Shown here: in pieces, positions 54,537 through 64,000 of the stretch | Numbering within the stretch: position 1 is the first letter of the stretch | Layout: each line of letters begins with the position of its first letter | IMG/VR virus record: IMGVR_UViG_3300045136_000892 | Strand: one strand, 5' to 3' | Length of the DNA: 64,000 nucleotides | From: a virus | Program-made: the position numbers and the translations under genes | The notes under the pieces: generated by a model | What the model was told of the DNA's origin: nothing | The model's input: only the letters and a program-made list of their open reading frames with translations | Database searches by the model: none

Positions 54537-56872
54537 ATGGCCTCCGGTGCGCGGACGGGAAGGAGCGGCTCGAGGATGGCTCGGACGCGGCCGACCTCTC
54601 GCGCGAAGGAGGGCTTCGACCGAGGGTCGGGGTCGGTGCCGGCCGCGGCAAGTTCCGCCTGCGCGGCGGCGACGTCCGCCTCGACCTCGCGACTGCTTGC
54701 CCCCGGATCCAACGGTGCGCCACGCGCCCGCGCCCGCACCGCGAGCGCCCGCGCGAGGGTGAGGCGATGCCGGGTCTGTCCTTCGGTGCGAACCAACCGG
54801 GTCAAGATCTCCACCGCACGGGTGACGAGATCGGAGCCGCGGACGGGGTCGCCAGCGTCCATCCACAGGGTTCCCGCGTGCAGGCACGTCGACGCCAACT
54901 CGAACCGGTAGCCCCGGTCGCCGTCGAGCTCGACCAAGTCCCGGTAGACGCCGACCGCCCGCTCGCACGCCTCAGCGGCCTCAACGTCGCGGTCATCAAA
55001 ACCCAGCCGCCGTGCCTGCTCACGGTACGCTCGGGCGAGGTGCGGCCGCCACTCCGTCCGCCCCAGCTCATCTTTGAAACGCTCGAAGATGGCGACGGCC
55101 CGGTCGTCGAACGGGGCGGCGGGCCGCTCATCCCCGTCTTGGATCAGCCGCGAGCGTTCGACCAGGCATTCGGCGAAGTGGGGCTCGTACGTCGCGCCGC
55201 CCTCAGACCCCGTCAGGTCCGAGTAAATATCGGTCGCCTTGTTCAGGTACAGGGCCGCCTGGACCCGATCGTCGGCGTCCTTCCGAATACGGGCGAACAA
55301 GAGGTAGCACGCCGCGAGCTCGTGCCACCGGGCCGGCTTGGCCCCGGCCGGGCACGCCCTCTCGTAGGCGGCGATGGCCGCCCGGCACTCGTTCTGGGCC
55401 TGCTCCGGGCGGGCGGCGAACCGGAGCGCGAGCGCGAAGTTGGCGTGGACCGAGGCCAGCAACCCGGCGTCCACCCGAGCCTCGACTCGGCGGTACAGGG
55501 CCACTGCTTGTGGAAAGAGCTTGAGGGCCCCCTCCACGTCGCCCTGGACGGTCATCGCCCCAGCCTTCGCCTCGAACGCGTCGGCCAGGAGAGTGATGAG
55601 GCGATCGTCGGCCGGGACCGGCGGGAGCGATGTGATGACACGGTCGTAGGCGGCCAGTGCCCCTGGGATGTCGCCGGCCGCCTCGTGCGCGGCCGCGCGT
55701 TGCAGGCGGAGCTTCCCGAGATACAGGAGGCCCTCGTCCGTCGCCGGAGTGACCCGCTCCAGTTCCCGTTCCAGCTCCCCGTAATCGAGCATGTCGCAGA
55801 AGGCGACGGCCCGAGGGGCGGAGTGCCGTGCGGCCGCGCCCCGGTTCGCCGCATCCCTGTTAAGGATGTGGTCAAGCTCCTGCCCGAGCAGCGAGGCAAC
55901 CGGAACTCCGCCGCAGAGCTCGGTGGCCCATTGCGCCGGTGCAATGTAGGTAATCGTCCCGAGCCGGCGAAGCGGACCCCCCTCCCGCCGCCGCAAGGCG
56001 GGCGGTCGGGCCCGGGGGTACTCCACCCCGGTCAGATCCCGGTACGCCGCGACGAGGTTCCCCGCAGCCTCGGCCATGGACGTCCAGCCGGCCCCGCTCG
56101 GTTCGAAGCAACGATCGATGGTCTGCGCCACCCGGGGCGGCACCGCGAGTCGGGTGGGCCGGCGAAGATATCGGCGGAAAGTCGACCGGGCGAAGCGTCC
56201 ATGTATGCACGCCGGCCGACCTGCGAACAGTTCGAAGACGGTGAGCCCCCAACTCCAGAGGTCCGCAAGCGGCGACGGCGGGCCTTCGGGCGGGTGAAAT
56301 GGTGACTCGTACTCCGGTGTCGCGGCGCATGTCGCTACGGCGAGGACGGCCTGCTCCTCGGGCGTCAGCCGGGCGGCGTCCGGGAGGCACGACCCAAAAT
56401 CGACGAGCTTCACCACACCGGCGGGCGTCCGTATCAGGTTCTTCGGCTTGACGTCCAGATGGATCCATCCCAGCTCGTGAACTGCCGCCAAGGCCCACCC
56501 GGCCTGGATGGCCGTGTCCAGCACCTCGACGAGGTCCCGTCCCGCGGCGCACCACTCGCTCACGGGCTCTCCCGTGATCAATTCGCTCGCGATGACCCAC
56601 TCGTCCCCGACCCGGGCGAAGTTGGCACAGCGGGGCAGGTGCGGGTGGTCTCCGAGCTCTAGCAGCCGGGCGAGCTCGTCCTCGATGGCCCGGGGCGACT
56701 GAACGGCACCGCGGCGTGCGCGTTTGACTGCGAACCGGGCATTCAGGGAGGGGCTGAAGGCCTCGTAGACCTCCCCACAACCGCCGAACCCTCGGAGGCC
56801 CTCGATGCGGTAGTCCTCGAAGCACAAGTCGTTGGTGTCCCACCCCTGCGGCGCTGGGAGGTCCTCGGACAT
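54533..56872 (-). CDS. Ser/Thr kinase with C-terminal TPR repeats
   Basis: GFGGCGEVY, AVK, HLDVKPKN, DFG, TPEYESP, DLWSWG; helical TPR-like repeats follow. Confidence 0.88.
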   Translation of the reverse strand: MSEDLPAPQGWDTNDLCFEDYRIEGLRGFGGCGEVYEAFSPSLNARFAVKRARRGAVQSPRAIEDELARLLELGDHPHLPRCANFARVGDEWVIASELITGEPVSEWCAAGRDLVEVLDTAIQAGWALAAVHELGWIHLDVKPKNLIRTPAGVVKLVDFGSCLPDAARLTPEEQAVLAVATCAATPEYESPFHPPEGPPSPLADLWSWGLTVFELFAGRPACIHGRFARSTFRRYLRRPTRLAVPPRVAQTIDRCFEPSGAGWTSMAEAAGNLVAAYRDLTGVEYPRARPPALRRREGGPLRRLGTITYIAPAQWATELCGGVPVASLLGQELDHILNRDAANRGAAARHSAPRAVAFCDMLDYGELERELERVTPATDEGLLYLGKLRLQRAAAHEAAGDIPGALAAYDRVITSLPPVPADDRLITLLADAFEAKAGAMTVQGDVEGALKLFPQAVALYRRVEARVDAGLLASVHANFALALRFAARPEQAQNECRAAIAAYERACPAGAKPARWHELAACYLLFARIRKDADDRVQAALYLNKATDIYSDLTGSEGGATYEPHFAECLVERSRLIQDGDERPAAPFDDRAVAIFERFKDELGRTEWRPHLARAYREQARRLGFDDRDVEAAEACERAVGVYRDLVELDGDRGYRFELASTCLHAGTLWMDAGDPVRGSDLVTRAVEILTRLVRTEGQTRHRLTLARALAVRARARGAPLDPGASSREVEADVAAAQAELAAAGTDPDPRSKPSFAREVGRVRAILEPLLPVRAPEAI

Positions 56873-57439
56873 CGGAGCACTCCGGCTCGGTCGGGCACGG
56901 GTGGCCGCGTCGAACGTGCAGCCGATGCCCTAACCGCGCAGCCGTCGGTTGGCCTTCTGCCGGCAATATCATAACCGAGAGTTGGGTATGAGCGGCAGGC
57001 AGCCTGGGGGGCCCATGGTGCCACGCCCGGCGGCCTCTCTCTTCTTCGCCAACTCGGCCCTGGAGTTCCGCTTCTCCACCGGCGCCGGTCACCCGATGTC
57101 TGGGATGGCGATGGGCCGCCACGAAAGGCTCGGATGGAGGGGTACTCTTCCGGGACGGGCATGTCCCGCGCCCCGCTCACGCGATGCCTCGCACGGACGC
57201 GCCTCCGACCGACGGGGTTTCCGGACCGCGATCGCGTCCGGGGCCGTTCTCCGCCCAGCGACGCGATCCGAGTGGGCGGTCCCTGCGCTACCGGGCTGGC
57301 GCTTGCCATGGCTAGCCGCACCCGTCGGGGAGGCGAAGACCAGGCGGCCTGCGGGCCCCGTCCGCGACCGCCTTGACTTTCTCGAGGCCTGGCCTTACCG
57401 TTATTGAGTCGATAGCAGTGCCACGTCACGTGGCAGAGT

Positions 57440-60400
57440 ATGAAACCCACTATCGACCTCTTCATCGGCTCCCCGATCGAGCTCGATTCGGAGAAGGACT
57501 TCCTAGGGCAACTGTCCGCGGAGCTCCTCGCGCGGGGCCGGCCCGCGCTGGTCTTCGCGAACTTCTTCCCGCTCCGGAATCCCCATCAGATCGACTTCCT
57601 CGTCGTGACGGCAGACTGCGCCTGCCACGTCGAGCTCAAGCGCCTGACGGCCCCCGTCGTCGGTGGGCTCAACGGCCGCTGGTCGTTGCGTCGCCCGGAC
57701 GGCTCGCTCTCGCCGCTCGAGGCGAAGAACCCGTACCGCCAGGCGCTCGACGGGAAGTTGGCGATCAGCGACGAGATGCACGCGTTCGCGCGCGCCAACC
57801 GTTCCGTCCCGGTCCCGTCCCAGGGAGAGAAGTTCTTCAGGTACCTCGAGAGCGTCGTCTGCGTCTTCCCGGAGCTGCTCCCGGGGTCTTCGGTTCCAGA
57901 CGATCACAAGGTTCGCTCTCGAGGGTTCCAGGGGCTGCTTCGGCTCCTCGACGAGCGGAAGACCCATCCGCCGGGGTGGTCGCGAGCGACGTGGGTCGCC
58001 TTCGCCATGCACCTCAACCTCACGCGGGTCGACGAGGCCGATGAGCGATTGCCGCTCGAGGCCAAGGAGGCACGTCGAGCGGTCACGGAGTACGCAGGTC
58101 GGTTCGAGGGCTACTACGCGAAGGGGCTTCCGGCTCTCGTGCCGACGAACATCCGGCAGCCGGACGGCACGGAGGCGCCGTCCTCGGCGATCATCAATCA
58201 GCTCCTCCGCGGGGCGCACACTCAGCTCGTCGGCCCGTCGGGATACGGGAAGACGCTCCACGCGAAGCAGATGGCCCTCGCCGCGCTCCGCGGCGGCCGG
58301 ATCCCGGTTTTCGCGTCGGCGAGGGAGTACGAGGGCAAGCTCTCGACGTTGCTGGATCGGAGCGTCTCTCACCTCCACCCGGACACGGCCCTCCACCTGC
58401 TCGATGCGGCCGACCGGAACGGCAGCCCCGTGAGCCTCGTCATCGATGGCTTCAACGAATGCCCGAAGAAGTGGCAGAAGAACCTCCTGAAGGACTTGCA
58501 GGCGTTCTATCTGCGATGGCGCGTCCCGATCCTCATCACCGCGCAAGAATCGCCGGAGCTGACGGAGCCGCTGGCGGGCGAACGCTATGTCTTCGCACCG
58601 CTCAACTCGGAGCAGCGGTACGCGGTCCTGAATTCGTACGTCGCCGGCGGGGCGTCCGAGGAGATCACCTCGCTCTGCGAGCCGTTCGAGACGCCGTACG
58701 AGCTCAGCCTCGCCGCCGAGTGCCTCTCCGAGATCGGAAGCCTGGCGACGCGTGCATCGCTCTTCGACGCGTACGTGCACAAGCGTTGCCAGGGGACTGA
58801 TTCCCCGGCCGTCGTCCGGAGCATCCTCTGCGGCCTCGCCGACCGTATGCAGAGGAGATTCGTCAGCACGCTGACGATGAACGAGGTCTGGCGCGTCGCC
58901 CAGGGCGTCGTCGCGAGCGAAGGCGGTCGCTCGGTGCTGGTCCCCGAAGTGCTCGCATGCGGCCTGCTCGACGTGAGGCAGAACTGGTGCGCGTTCCGGC
59001 ACGAGATCCTCGAGCGCTTCTTCCAGGCGGAGGCGCTCACGCGAACACACCCGTCCCTGGACGAACTGGCCCGCGCGATCGCCCTGCCGCGACATCGTCA
59101 CCTCGTCGAGTTCGTGCTCGGGTCGGAGGGTGACGAGTCATCAATCCGCGAATGCCTCGTCTCGCTGGCGGATGGACGGGCCCTCGCCGACTGCCTGCGA
59201 GGGAGGCTCGGCGATGTGGCACGCGACGTGGCGAGGTCGGAGTGCATCCGCCTGCTGCATGCCGCCGAATCGTCGCTCGACGGCATGGACGTCGAGCTTG
59301 AGGGATCGGAGTCGATAAGTCTGCTCACCATCCCCCGCGGCCCGCGCTGGTCGCCGTACGATCTTGCGCTGATGAACGCGATCGGCGAGATGCTCGCCGA
59401 AGGTCAGTTCGTCGACGGCTTCCTCCGCCTCCTCCGCCGGACCGAGGGAACGTGCCGGTTGGCCCTCTCGGACAAGGCCGGCTTGAACGGCCGCCTCCGG
59501 CCGGGGGATGCTACCTGGATGTACGCATCCCTGTTCGTCATCCAACGTGGCGGGGACGAATCGTACTTCCCGGTCTCCGTGATCTATCACAAGGCCCGCT
59601 TCTCGCTCGTCTCGCGGGGCGTCGCGAAGATCCCGGAGCCCGTCGTGGCGCTCATGGCGGAGCTCCCGGAGCGTAGTCCCGGCGAGTTGCTCGTCCTCTG
59701 CTGGTATCTCCGCGGCGCGCCGCCGGAGCTCGCACCGTCTGTTCCTTCGCTCGTGCGTGCATGCTGGGAGACACGCATTTACCATCTCCGCCTGGAGGCC
59801 TTGGACCTCGCCGGCGTGGCATCGCGCTCCCTCGAGGGGGCTCCTCGCGAGGAGATGATTGAGCTCCTCGGCTCGCTCTCCACGAGCAACGTCATGCTGA
59901 GTACGTCCATCGTCGACGCGATGATGGGCTACGAGATGCTTGGGCCGATAATCGGCGGCGACCAGGCCGCGGCCGAGATCGCCCAGATCCTCCAGACCCC
60001 GGACGATTCCGAGGCGTTGCAGCGCGCGTACGGAGTCGTGAACAACATCTTTGAGGATGTGTATCAAGGCGTATACTGGGACGTGATTGAGTCGCTCGCC
60101 CGCGAGTCCCGCGTGAAGCTCTTCACGATGGCTGCACTCGGCGCGCCCGTTTACGCGATGTTTACCGACTGGACCCTCCGCCGACTCGTCGAGCTCGGCG
60201 ATCAAGCCGCCCTCCCGGCATTCGAGCGGTGGTGCTCCCCGCCCGCGGCCGGGAGCAGCTGTCCGCAGGATGCGACGGCGTGCTTCGTCGAGGCGATCCT
60301 CGGCCGCGCCGTGTTCGTCGACGCGCCCCCTCCGGGCGGGGCCCTCGAGACGGATGATCACCGAACGTGGTCGATCTACGGGGCAATCCTCCACTGGTCG

Positions 60401-60811
60401 TTCCGCCCCGGGCTCTCGGATGCGGAGAAGGTTGCCCTCTGTGCGCCGCTCTGGGAGGAGCTCCAGAGGGACCTGCCGTTCGAGGCGGTCGACCCGCTCC
60501 ATCGGCTGGCGGCCGTGGCGGACTCGAGGCCCGATCGGCAACGTCCGGTCCTCGAAACATTGTGTACTCTCTTCCCGGATGAGATCCGTCGCATCCTCGA
60601 GTTCGGCGTGAAGCAGCGAGATCGCCTCACGAGCCGCTTCCGCGGGCCTCGCGACGCCGAAGCCCGAGTCAAATTCATGATCCGCTGGCTCGGCTGGATC
60701 GGTAATCCAGATTCCTTGAAGACACTCGAGCCCCTGGTCAACTCTCCTGACCTCGGGCGCGACGCGGTCGCCTCCGTTCGTGCGATCAAGTCGGCGGGGG
60801 GCCGCGGGTAG
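57440..60811 (+). CDS. NERD nuclease-NACHT/STAND NTPase protein
   Basis: SE...ANF...QIDFLVV...VELK...W...NPYRQ; Walker A GPSGYGKT, Walker B LVIDGFNE, FRHEI winged-helix motif; helical C-terminus. Confidence 0.85.
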   Translation: MKPTIDLFIGSPIELDSEKDFLGQLSAELLARGRPALVFANFFPLRNPHQIDFLVVTADCACHVELKRLTAPVVGGLNGRWSLRRPDGSLSPLEAKNPYRQALDGKLAISDEMHAFARANRSVPVPSQGEKFFRYLESVVCVFPELLPGSSVPDDHKVRSRGFQGLLRLLDERKTHPPGWSRATWVAFAMHLNLTRVDEADERLPLEAKEARRAVTEYAGRFEGYYAKGLPALVPTNIRQPDGTEAPSSAIINQLLRGAHTQLVGPSGYGKTLHAKQMALAALRGGRIPVFASAREYEGKLSTLLDRSVSHLHPDTALHLLDAADRNGSPVSLVIDGFNECPKKWQKNLLKDLQAFYLRWRVPILITAQESPELTEPLAGERYVFAPLNSEQRYAVLNSYVAGGASEEITSLCEPFETPYELSLAAECLSEIGSLATRASLFDAYVHKRCQGTDSPAVVRSILCGLADRMQRRFVSTLTMNEVWRVAQGVVASEGGRSVLVPEVLACGLLDVRQNWCAFRHEILERFFQAEALTRTHPSLDELARAIALPRHRHLVEFVLGSEGDESSIRECLVSLADGRALADCLRGRLGDVARDVARSECIRLLHAAESSLDGMDVELEGSESISLLTIPRGPRWSPYDLALMNAIGEMLAEGQFVDGFLRLLRRTEGTCRLALSDKAGLNGRLRPGDATWMYASLFVIQRGGDESYFPVSVIYHKARFSLVSRGVAKIPEPVVALMAELPERSPGELLVLCWYLRGAPPELAPSVPSLVRACWETRIYHLRLEALDLAGVASRSLEGAPREEMIELLGSLSTSNVMLSTSIVDAMMGYEMLGPIIGGDQAAAEIAQILQTPDDSEALQRAYGVVNNIFEDVYQGVYWDVIESLARESRVKLFTMAALGAPVYAMFTDWTLRRLVELGDQAALPAFERWCSPPAAGSSCPQDATACFVEAILGRAVFVDAPPPGGALETDDHRTWSIYGAILHWSFRPGLSDAEKVALCAPLWEELQRDLPFEAVDPLHRLAAVADSRPDRQRPVLETLCTLFPDEIRRILEFGVKQRDRLTSRFRGPRDAEARVKFMIRWLGWIGNPDSLKTLEPLVNSPDLGRDAVASVRAIKSAGGRG

Positions 60812-61432
60812 GGCTGCCCGAGGAACTGGAGGGGGCAGCGGTCCGTCGAGTCGAACGATTGCTCGAAGAGCGGGTGGAGGCGTTCCCCGGCTGCGGTAGA
60901 TGACAGAGCGAGAGCCGACGCCGCCCGCAGGCCGACATCCCGCTCCAGTTGCATCACGCGGCGGTTCAGGTCCGCGAGCTGGTTCTCCTCGGCACCCCAG
61001 ATCTCATGCAGCAGGTTCTCCGCCACGACCTCGAAGTAGCGCATGACCCGCTCCTCGGACGCGGCGATCTTCTCGTAGATCCGCTCGTCCATCACCGGTT
61101 CAAGTTCAGCGGCCGCGAGCTCGCCCGCGTCGCAGAGCCCCTGCGGCGTCACCTCCACCCCGTAGGCCTGCAAGATGGCCCTCCGGTAGGGCCGATCCTC
61201 GTCGTCTGATGCTCATCCGCGGTGCGGGTCGTACCCTCCGGGGTTACGGCGATAATCTCCTCACCGCAGCGCAGTACGCGGCCGAGCTCTGGAACGTCTG
61301 CACCCTTCCGGTCGCTGCCCGTGGCGGATTCGGCCTGTCCGGCCTGCGAGGCAATTCCCAAGGCCACCACCACCTCATCCCTGCGCTTCATCGAGCACGA
61401 CCCCATATCCAGGGCGTGGTACAATGGCCGCT

Positions 61433-61651
61433 ATGGAACCGACAGCCACCCGAGTCACCGAGCCGCACGAGCCCGCGACGAGCCAGGCCAGCCCCACGCT
61501 GGAGGAGCTTCTCGACCTCGAGTTTGAGGCGTTCTGCGCCCGCGAAGCGGCCGAGGATGTGACACTCGACGAGGTGCTCAGGGCCACGGCCAGCATTCCC
61601 GGCAGCATGGCCCGAGCCGTCATCGAGGAAGAGCGGGCGAATAGGTTCTGA
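61433..61651 (+). CDS. Putative VapB-type antitoxin
   Basis: Small acidic ORF (VTLDEVLRATASIPGSMARAVIEER) coupled by TGATG to the PIN gene. Confidence 0.7.
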   Translation: MEPTATRVTEPHEPATSQASPTLEELLDLEFEAFCAREAAEDVTLDEVLRATASIPGSMARAVIEEERANRF

Positions 61652-62101
61652 TGGCCCGCTCCTTCTTTCGATACCAGTGCCCTCGTCAAGAACTACCACT
61701 CCGAGGGCGGCCCCCCGCACGTCCAAGCCATCCTTGGGACCGCCGGCTCGGAGTTCTTCATCTCGCGGCTCTCCGCCGTCGAGATGCTCTCCGGCTTCGC
61801 GGGGAAGGTCAGGGCCGGCGCCCTCTCCAGCACCGACTACGGCACCCTCCGCAAAGGGTTCTTCGCCGACATCCGGCGAAAGACGCTCCGGCCGCTCTGG
61901 GTCTTTAGACACCCGCTACAAGCTCGCGGGCACCTCATCGGCAAGCAGGCCATGACCCGCCAGTTCCGCACGCTCGACGCGATCCCCCTTGCCGTCGCCC
62001 TGCGTTTTCATCGCTCCTTCCCGCTCGACGCGTTCGTCTGCGCCGACCAGCGGCTGAGCGATGTTTCCCGCCCGGAAGGGCTCACGGTCATCCAGCCCTG
62101 A
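61651..62101 (+). pseudogene. vapC: VapC PIN-domain toxin with a frameshift near 61668
   Basis: MARSFF, then DTSALVKNY...VE...LDAI.LA.AL...FVCADQRL in another frame. Confidence 0.78.
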
Positions 62102-62108
62102 CTTGGGC

Positions 62109-63095
62109 CTAAAGACCAACCTTGGCCGCCGCGTTCTCCCGAAACAGCGACCCGTCGCGGATATAGCGCCGCATGACGGCGAGGCTTTTGTGCCCCGACT
62201 GGTCCTGGATCGCCCGCTCGGAGACGCCCGCCATCGCCGCCTGGGTAATGAGGCCCGCTCGTAAGCTATGCGCCGCGTACTTCCGAGCGCTCTTGCCTGC
62301 GGCGATGAGGCTACGCTTCACGACGTCGGCCACGACTTGATCGGTCAGTCTCCGGTCACTCACGTCCCCGTGCTTGTTCACCGAGCGGAAGAGGGGACCC
62401 TCGTCGATGTCGGCCTCCTCGATCCAGGCCTGGACCGCTCGTACGGGGCAGGTCTCGGCGTGCTCACCGAACGGGATGCCGATCTTCCTCCCGACACCCA
62501 CCTGGTCGGTCTTGCTCTTCCGGATAATGACCACGAGGCCCTCCTCGGCAATCGCGAGATCGGTGACGTCGAGGCCCACCAACTCGCTCCGCCGCATGGC
62601 GCCGGCGTAGCCGAGGAGGAGGAGCGCGCGATCCCTCACGCCGAGGAGCGAGTCCGGGAGGTGCTCGACCATCTCGCGGATGTGTTTCGTGAGGGTCGGC
62701 TTCATGTGCGACTGGGCGACGCCTTTCTCGCGGCGGATGCCGGCCCAGACGTAGCGTACCTGGGCGTGCTTCGTGGGCGACTCGAATCCGGCGGCCCGGT
62801 GGGCCTCGGCGATCGTCGAGAGCCGGCGCCGGAGGGTGCTCGTCTTCAGGTCCTGGGATCGGTCGGCCAGGTAGTAGGCCACCGTGTCGGGCGCCGCAGG
62901 CATCGAGGGCCTGCGGTACTTCTCGCACCAGGCGGCGAAGTCGCCCCAATCCGAGCGGTAGCTCTTCTTCGTGTTCTCGGCCTTGGAGTTGTCAATGTAG
63001 GCGGAGGTCAGGGCGCCCAGGCGCTCGAGCTTCTGGGCGGCGGAGGCGGCGCCTCGCGGGCGTGGCAGATCGTCGTTCTGGCGTTGGTTCGTCAT
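62109..63095 (-). CDS. Cre-like tyrosine recombinase/resolvase
   Basis: NTKKSYRSDW SAM-like domain; RDRALLL, MRRSE, KSKTDQ, HSLRAG, SGH, RRYIR. Confidence 0.93.
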   Translation of the reverse strand: MTNQRQNDDLPRPRGAASAAQKLERLGALTSAYIDNSKAENTKKSYRSDWGDFAAWCEKYRRPSMPAAPDTVAYYLADRSQDLKTSTLRRRLSTIAEAHRAAGFESPTKHAQVRYVWAGIRREKGVAQSHMKPTLTKHIREMVEHLPDSLLGVRDRALLLLGYAGAMRRSELVGLDVTDLAIAEEGLVVIIRKSKTDQVGVGRKIGIPFGEHAETCPVRAVQAWIEEADIDEGPLFRSVNKHGDVSDRRLTDQVVADVVKRSLIAAGKSARKYAAHSLRAGLITQAAMAGVSERAIQDQSGHKSLAVMRRYIRDGSLFRENAAAKVGL

Positions 63096-63219
63096 ACCGG
63101 TCGGGCGGGTACTCTACGCCTCGAGCGTACCACCGGGCCGGGAAGAGGGCGAGCGGCGAAGGATGGCCGCGGCCGGGCGGTTCGACGACCCGCGCTGGCC
63201 CGCGAGCAAAGACGCGCGA

Positions 63220-63735
63220 TCACGACCTCGGGAAAGCGGCCGAGGCGGTGGCGATGGGAAGGTAGAGGTGGAGATCCGAGTCGACGAGCGACCGGAACTG
63301 GTACTTCTCGTAGAAGGCCTTGGCCTTCTGGTCGATGGCGTCGACTACCACGGCGTAAATCCCGATCTTCGCCGAGATATCGACGGAGCGCGCGAGCGCG
63401 TCCATCAGGAGCTTCTCGCCGAGGCGTTGCCCCTGGGCGCTTCGGTCCACCGCGAGCCGCGCAATGAGGACGACAGGCACGGGATGCCGCGGGAGCTTCT
63501 TCGCGCCCTCGGTGGGCAGGTTCTCGAAGGCCACGGCGCCGCTGGCGATCGTGTAGTAGCCGAGCACCTTCGGGTCGTGCTCACGAACCGCGACGTAGGT
63601 GCGGCCGAGGTTCCGCTTCTCGTACTGGCTGACGAGCGATCTGAGAAATGTGTCCAGGGACGGCACGCCCGAGTCGAAGGCGTCCCGCGCGTGCGAGCGT
63701 TCGAGCCGCACGATCGAGACATCACTTGCTGCCAT
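63220..63735 (-). CDS. GNAT acetyltransferase toxin (TacT/AtaT-like)
   Basis: FDSG...LDTFL, GYYTI, PVVLIARLAVD..QGQRLG, VVDAID..AKAFYEKYQF. Confidence 0.92.
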   Translation of the reverse strand: MAASDVSIVRLERSHARDAFDSGVPSLDTFLRSLVSQYEKRNLGRTYVAVREHDPKVLGYYTIASGAVAFENLPTEGAKKLPRHPVPVVLIARLAVDRSAQGQRLGEKLLMDALARSVDISAKIGIYAVVVDAIDQKAKAFYEKYQFRSLVDSDLHLYLPIATASAAFPRS

Positions 63736-64000
63736 GGACGTGCCGCGCCGCCGCGCGAAGCAGTGCCGGGCCGGGCTCGGGAGGGTGCTCGAGGGCTTCG
63801 AGGAACCGATCGCGGTCGATGTCGGAGAGGACGAGCGGCGACTCCTCCCGGAACCGGACCTCGTCCTCGGGGACGACGCGAGCCTTCCGCACCCGGAGCT
63901 CGGTGTCGCTCACCTGCTCGATGATGACCGTCGAGTTGGCGAACCCCTTGGGGAGGCTCACCCGGCCCTTGGAATCGGTCGTGCGTGTCTCGGCGTCCAT
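63722..64000 (-). CDS. Antitoxin with AbrB/MraZ-like N-terminus and DUF1778-like C-terminus
   Basis: TTDSKGRVSLPK followed by LVLSDIDRDRFLEALEHPPEP..ALLRAA; overlaps the toxin start. Confidence 0.8.
   Translation of the reverse strand: MDAETRTTDSKGRVSLPKGFANSTVIIEQVSDTELRVRKARVVPEDEVRFREESPLVLSDIDRDRFLEALEHPPEPGPALLRAAARHVHGSK

Noticed and set aside
60812-61200. Minus-strand helical ORF resembling a helicase C-terminal tail
   Set aside because: No diagnostic motif, and it runs antisense into the NACHT gene; at most a fragment.

Overview
GC-rich accessory DNA, probably planctomycete-like (inferred from protein style). It looks like two tandem genomic islands joined at a 3' tRNA-Ala(CGC) fragment at about 18.7 kb. 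The left island holds an RNA-repair operon (four tandem Y RNAs, Ro60/Rsr, RtcB, RelA/SpoT-type HD hydrolase), a 6.9-kb IS1595 cargo transposon and a DpdA-UvrD-Cas4-like nuclease operon. The transposon has 24-bp TIRs and carries an MmeI-like type IIL R-M enzyme, a Leu-bodied tRNA with an Asp (GUC) anticodon, two other structured RNAs and an unannotated 34-aa membrane peptide. The right island is an integrative mobilizable element (integrase, Xis, VirD4-like coupling protein, MOBF relaxase, MobC, kinase, vWA). It is followed by defence/TA cargo: two AbiE systems, an ECF-sigma/IrrE-associated Ubl-E2-JAB-E1 ubiquitination operon, a dCTP-deaminase-like gene, a DarB-like methylase-helicase, two Ser/Thr kinases opposite a NERD-NACHT protein, VapBC and GNAT TA pairs, and several IS and recombinase remnants. 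The most striking signal is the Y RNA array. One shared scaffold carries either nothing or circularly permuted tRNAs opened at two different points, and two of these keep intact anticodon loops. All calls come from motif reading and manual folding; no database searches were run.
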